64,000 nucleotides of DNA, taken from contig OZ024745.1 of assembly GCA_964016885.1 (NCBI GenBank), positions 25,916,001-25,980,000 on the forward strand, in the 5' to 3' direction. This document shows positions 58,691 to 64,000 of the stretch, piece after piece (position 1 is the first letter of the stretch; each line of letters starts with the position of its first letter). Both the position numbers and the translations under genes were made by a program. The notes beneath the pieces were generated by a model that made no database searches, was not told the DNA's origin, and saw only the letters and a list, made by a program, of their open reading frames with translations. The stretch is from Eledone cirrhosa. Taxonomy: Eukaryota.

Positions 58691-58814
58691 TAGAATGTTT
58701 TACAATGATCATCCCTTTTGTCAATTCTGAACCTTATTTAAAATGGTTCTATATTTGTATTTATAAGCTTCTCTGAATAATATTTTAAGTGATATTATTC
58801 ATTGAGATGTAATG

Positions 58815-59705
58815 TATATTACTGACTAAATGTTGGGATGCAGGCAAAACACCTAGATGTGACAAGAAGTGCAGACTCTGCAGAATTAACATCGAAGATG
58901 TCACCCATGTCATAAGCAGCTGTCCAAAAATGTCATCGCGGCACCATCTACCTATGAGGCATGATGTAGTGGCCAAAACACTGTACAATGCAATCCGTAG
59001 AAAAGATAGCCCCGATAATAAACACATTAAAATCTACAGCAATGTGGAAGACATCCATATACATAATATGAAAGAGTACTGGTGGAATGTTCCAGTCAAA
59101 ACCCAAATAAAATGCAAACATAACAGACCAGGTATAATGATATGGGACAGGGGAAAGAAGGCATGCACAGTAGTGGAAGTTAGCTGCCCAGCAGATGCCA
59201 ATATAATATCAAAGATTAGCGAAAAGAAGAATATTTATGCAGAACTGATGAGAAATCTGCAGATACTCCACTCTGATTATATCTTCAGATTTATACCTGT
59301 GATTATTGGGGCACTGGGATATGTTAGTAACTGCCTCAATAGAAATCTTGAGAAGCTGGGCTTCACAGAAACAGAAAGAACACAACTAGTTAGGAAATTA
59401 CAAGTACTATCCATTAATGGAACAGTAAAAATATGTAAAACATTCCAAAAATGCTGCATCTAATAACTGCATATACACATGTAAAAATACAGAGCATATG
59501 CACATGTACACATATAACTCAAAACATACACATCCACACATACATTAATATTCATACCTGCACACACATGCAGATATGCATACATATCTACCTAGTTGAT
59601 GTTGTGTAAATTCCAATGAGAGAGTCTTGTGTCTATGTTAGAAACCGACTCTCTCTCGATTGGCAAAAAAATGTGAAATTATAAAACCAGAAGAACATAC
59701 ATACA
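58815..59705 (+). mobile_element. 5'-truncated R4/Dong-like LINE, copy 2
   Basis: CRLC..EDVTHVISSC..RHDVVAK..HNRPGIMIWD..VEVSCP..FIPVIIGALG; same 3'UTR as copy 1, then (CATA)n. Confidence 0.88.
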
Positions 59706-60274
59706 TACAAACAGTCATACATACATACAGCCACACAATCATACATACATACATGTTTGTATAGACAAACTACATACATCAGTACACTAGATATAAATGT
59801 AGACACGTGTGCCACGTATAGTCATTATCTAAAGTGGTTTGTGTAAATGGACATGTGACAGTTGCTTTCACCAACGGTCAAACACAGCGACGACCTTCTG
59901 GAACAATTTGGAAAAAATATATATATCTTAAGTGTTCAACATGTTGTCCCCCATCCATCTTTCCACTCCCCCCTCTATCTCTCACACGCACACACACACA
60001 TACTCTCTAACACACACACACACACTCTCTCACTCCCTCTCGCCCCCTCTCCCCATCTCTCTATTTCCCTCCTGTACTTATTTTAATTGTTATTTTCTTC
60101 TGTCCGTATGGAGTGATTTGATAAAATACGATTTTCTTCCCAGTGGCATGTATATAAACAGTGTTGTTATCTATATAGTTGGGACACTTTTCCACTACCT
60201 AACATACATGTGGGTGGGGTTATGAGCTCTTATCAACCTTACATGCCGGCCAGTTTGGGGTTTGATTACCAATA

Positions 60275-60715
60275 ATAATAATAATGGTTTCTGATTTAGG
60301 CACAAGGCCAACAATTTGAGGGGAGGGGAAAGTCAATTAAATCGACCCCAGTGCATTACTGGTGCTTTATTTTATCGACCCCATAAGTATGAAAGGCACA
60401 GAAAATTCGGCAGGATTTGAACTCAGAACTTAAAGTAAAGCAATTCTATGCCTCGAAGCACGTTGTCCGACGCTCTACAGATGTGCCAAACCAATAATAA
60501 TAATAATAAGGATTTCTATTATAGGCACAAGGCCAGCAATTTAGAGGGAGGGGGAAATCGATTAAATCGACCCCGATGTGCTTTATTTTATCGACCCCGT
60601 AAGGATGAACGGCAAAGCTAACCTCAGCAGGATTTGACCTCAGAACGTAAAGGGCCATAACTCTATGCTGCAAAGCGTGGTGTCTGACGCTCTACCGATA
60701 CTACCAATCTACCGT
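60275..60715 (-). mobile_element. Two head-to-tail SINE family B copies
   Basis: Two GGCACAAGGCC...GGATTTGA(A/C)CTC units, each preceded by (AAT)n. Confidence 0.85.
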
Positions 60716-60930
60716 TTGCTATTCGACATCACTACTGTGACGTCGTCGGCTTCTATTGACACGAATCTCCCATTTCCTAGTTTCAAAGTCTCCAATTTGT
60801 GGCGAGAGTCAATACACACAAAAGGGACCAGAGGGAACAACCTTAGTGGAGGGGGCGCATGATTTTGAACGGTTCCGAAAGGTAACATTTCACTTTAACT
60901 ATAGAGCAGTTGTCACTACTTTGAAGTGAT

Positions 60931-61310
60931 TCAGACCCTGAATTTGAGGACTGCCGCGATGTAGCGATGGTCGAACCCATCGAAAGCTTTAGATTGATCT
61001 AAACTGACCAGGGCCCTTCCCGAACTAGGTTCCTTAACCAACCTCTCTATGATGTATTGCATGAAGTGGAGTTTGTCGTGGATGGATCTGTCCAGAATGG
61101 CGCATGTTTGCGCCTCCCATATCAGACCACCGATGACAAGCGCCAAGCTCGTCGCTAACACCTTGGTTAAAATTTTAAACTCTGCGTTCAACAAAGTTAG
61201 GGTCCTGAAATTATCTATATGTTCTCCCTTTTTTCGAGTCTTTTCTCACAAGCGCTATCCCTCTTCGGATTACAGAACTTGGAATTCTTCCGTTCTGTTG
61301 CCGTCTCCTG
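60931..61310 (-). pseudogene. Degenerate Tx1-type RT fragment
   Basis: LNAEFKILTKVLA..AQTCAI..LDQSKAFD; homologous to 46960-47340. Confidence 0.85.
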
Positions 61311-61811
61311 AACATGTCTGGCATGTTTGTGGTGGTTTGGGTGGTGCTGCTGTTGGGGACGTTGGTGTAGGTGTTGTCAATAGTTACCGCAGGACTTTAG
61401 CTTTTTTCCCCTTCTTTTTTATTGCGGAGGTCTACACATTTGTAGATGTTTTTACATTTCTGTACATTCGAAATGACATCTTCCGGCACTGCTAGTCGGA
61501 CTTTCCTGCCATTTCTCTGTATGAGACACTTCGTTTATCTGAAAGTAGCTAAATCCATCTTGTTGTTTCTGGCTGCCTTTACTGTGATGCTATATTGTCT
61601 TGCTTCTCTGGCATTGGTAGCAGTGTTGTTGTTGTTGTATTCGGTGCTACACTTTGATCTTAGTTGTTGTAGTCGGTAAAGTTGTTGCTGTTGTTGTTCT
61701 TGGCGACGACGGTGGTGATGTTGTACGAAGTAGGGACATTTTCAAAGTCTGTAAATATGTTTTTGTTGTTGCTGTTAACGCTGCAGCCGTTGTTATTATT
61801 ATTGTTGTTGT

Positions 61812-62010
61812 GTAGGGCGGTGGATTGGCAGTATGTGTAAAGCGCCGGACGCCATGCTTTGTAGCATAGAGTTACACCCCTTTATGATCTGAGTTCAAAT
61901 CCCGCCGAGGTTAACTTTGCGTTTCATCTTTAGGGGGTCGATAAAATAAAGTACCAGTAATATACTGAGCTAATTGCTGGCCTTGTGCCAAACGTAGAAA
62001 AAATTATTAT
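61812..62010 (+). mobile_element. SINE family B
   Basis: GGGCGGTGGATTGGCAG..GAGTTCAAATCCCGCCGAGG..GGGGTCGATAAAATAAAGTACCAG..(TTA) tail. Confidence 0.85.
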
Positions 62011-62134
62011 TGTTGTTTTTGTTGTCACTGTCGTTGCCTTTATCGTGTTTGTAGATGCAACTGCTGCTAGCTTTTTCTGCTGCTAAGAAAACTGCTGAAT
62101 CCTTCTTTAATGATTCCATCTCCCTGATTTACAC

Positions 62135-63000
62135 ACAAGGCCACCAATTTGAAGGCAAGAGGAAAGCCAGCGCGTTACTGGTACTTTATTTTATCGATTC
62201 CTGTAAGGTTGAAAGACAAAACTAAACTTGGCAGGATTTAATTCAGAACGTAAAGGGCCGTAACTCTATGCTGCGAAGCATGTTGCCCGATGATGTACCG
62301 ATATGGCCAATCCACCACCCTAAATAATAATTGTTTCTACTTTCGGCACAAGGCCAGCAATTACCCAGTGCATTACTGGTACTTTATTTTATCGACCCTG
62401 TAAGGATGAAAGGCAAAGTGAACCTCGGCGGGATTTGAACTCAGACCGTAAAGGGACGTAACTATGCTGGAAAGTATGGCGTCCGACTCTCAACCGACCT
62501 AAATAATAATGTTCGTAAATAATAATGATTGTTTCTAATTTAGCTACAAAGCCAACAAATTTAGGGGAAAGTCGATTATACCGACCTCCGTACTTTGCTG
62601 GTACTTTATTTTATGTGTCTTGGGTGGATTAAGTAAAAAGTTGACCTCGGCAGGCTTTGAACTCAGAACGTAGAAATTCGTTGCTAAATGCCGTAAAGCT
62701 TTTAATCCAACGATCTGACTATATTGCTAATCCGCCACCCTGATAATAATTCTGTTTAATATTAGCACAAGGCCAGCACATTTGGTAGCGAAGGTAAAGT
62801 AGATTAAATCGGCCTCAGTACTTTACTGGTTCTTTATATTATCGGTCTCGAGTGGATTAAGGGTAAAGTTGGCCTAGGTGGTATTTAAAACCAGAATATA
62901 GAAGGCTGTAACTAAATACCGCGATACATTTCATCTGATGATTATGTCAATCCAGCGCTCTTGATAATGGTTTCGTTTGGATGGGGAAGTCGATTATATG
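62135..63000 (-). mobile_element. Head-to-tail cluster of 4-5 diverged SINE family B copies
   Basis: Units at ~62135, 62325, 62520, 62750 and a partial one at 62965, separated by TAATAAT. Confidence 0.8.
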
Positions 63001-64000
63001 ACTCAATTCACAGCATCCTATGTCCGCATATGTCATTGTGCCTTTAAAATAACCTATACATATATAAAACCGTTATTGCTTTAATAAGTCTACCAAACCG
63101 CAGCAAACACTTTAAACCGGACGCCAGCCTGTCCCCACGAATCCTATCAAACCAAACCGTACTCATCCTCCAAATTCGGCAAATAAAATGCAGACCACCT
63201 ATTTTCCCACACTCGGCATACGTAATCGGACCGCAAAATCCACCTAATAAGGAAGACAGCTGTCATATTACTTAGTTTCTATATAATAAAGCTAAATCAA
63301 TTATTATCTGCAGCCTGGCTTTACAGGGTAGCACTTGGGATTGTGGAGAATTCACTGTTATCTCTTTATTTGTTGTGATTCGAGGAGAGATCAACAAGAA
63401 AACAACACTAGATCTTTTAGAAATACAATATAACACTAACAGAAAAACAAACAACAAATAAACAGCAATAGAGCGGAAGAGCAAAACAATCAATTCATGT
63501 CTAGCCTAGAAAGCCACAAACAAAGCTTTTCAGTATCACCATCTTAGAATCAGGGGGCATACTGCATTTCCTTACCAAAAGAAGAATAACTAAAAATGTT
63601 AATATCTACTTGTTGCGAATATAAAGGGAAACAGAAAACCCTTAGAATTACTTATTAATCGATCACGTATTGGAGTCTTAGTTCAATACTTTCGTGCTAT
63701 ATACATATTTGGAACATAATATTTTATATCCTAACAAGACATCATTTCCTCACAACAATTCTACTTAGTCTAAACATCTGTTTACTATGTTAAACCATGG
63801 CAGCTGTGGATACAAATGCCGTGTGATGGTCATAAATCATCCTTTATGCATAGCTAACTTTGAAATGTACCAAACACGATAGCCTGTTGGTTAACTTATT
63901 TCACGTGGCACACAATTTTAGCTAGGGCAGTTGCAATAGAAAAAATGTTTAATGCTACCCTTGAAAGGGAAAAACATATAAAGAAATAAAATGTTTAGAT

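Overview
Repeat-dominated, AT-rich eukaryotic DNA with no recognisable host exon. The mix of long (TA)n/(CA)n/(TATG)n arrays and tRNA-derived SINEs suggests an octopod cephalopod, which is inference only. Contents: a decayed RTE/BovB-type LINE (1-2335); a ~9.8 kb 20-bp satellite that matches the first 20 nt (Pol III A-box) of a neighbouring SINE family; an apparently intact CR1-group LINE whose ORF1 has a Myb/SANT-like domain, polyQ and two CCCH fingers, and whose AUG-less APE-RT ORF2 lies in the -1 frame behind a U_UUU_UUA heptamer; two tandem Tx1-type LINEs in (TATC)n; two R4/Dong-type restriction-like endonuclease (RLE) fragments ending in (CATA)n; RTE remnants; two SINE families; and Tc1/mariner MITEs. 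The most notable hidden signal is a dense set of small non-coding elements in (TA)n tracts. Most are fold-back palindromes carrying type I hammerhead ribozyme (HHR) motifs of the Penelope-like element (PLE) kind, in several sequence families, some with enlarged stem II loops and one family folded back on its own putative stem II. Most ORFs in the supplied track are microsatellite artefacts. All calls were made by eye and boundaries are approximate.
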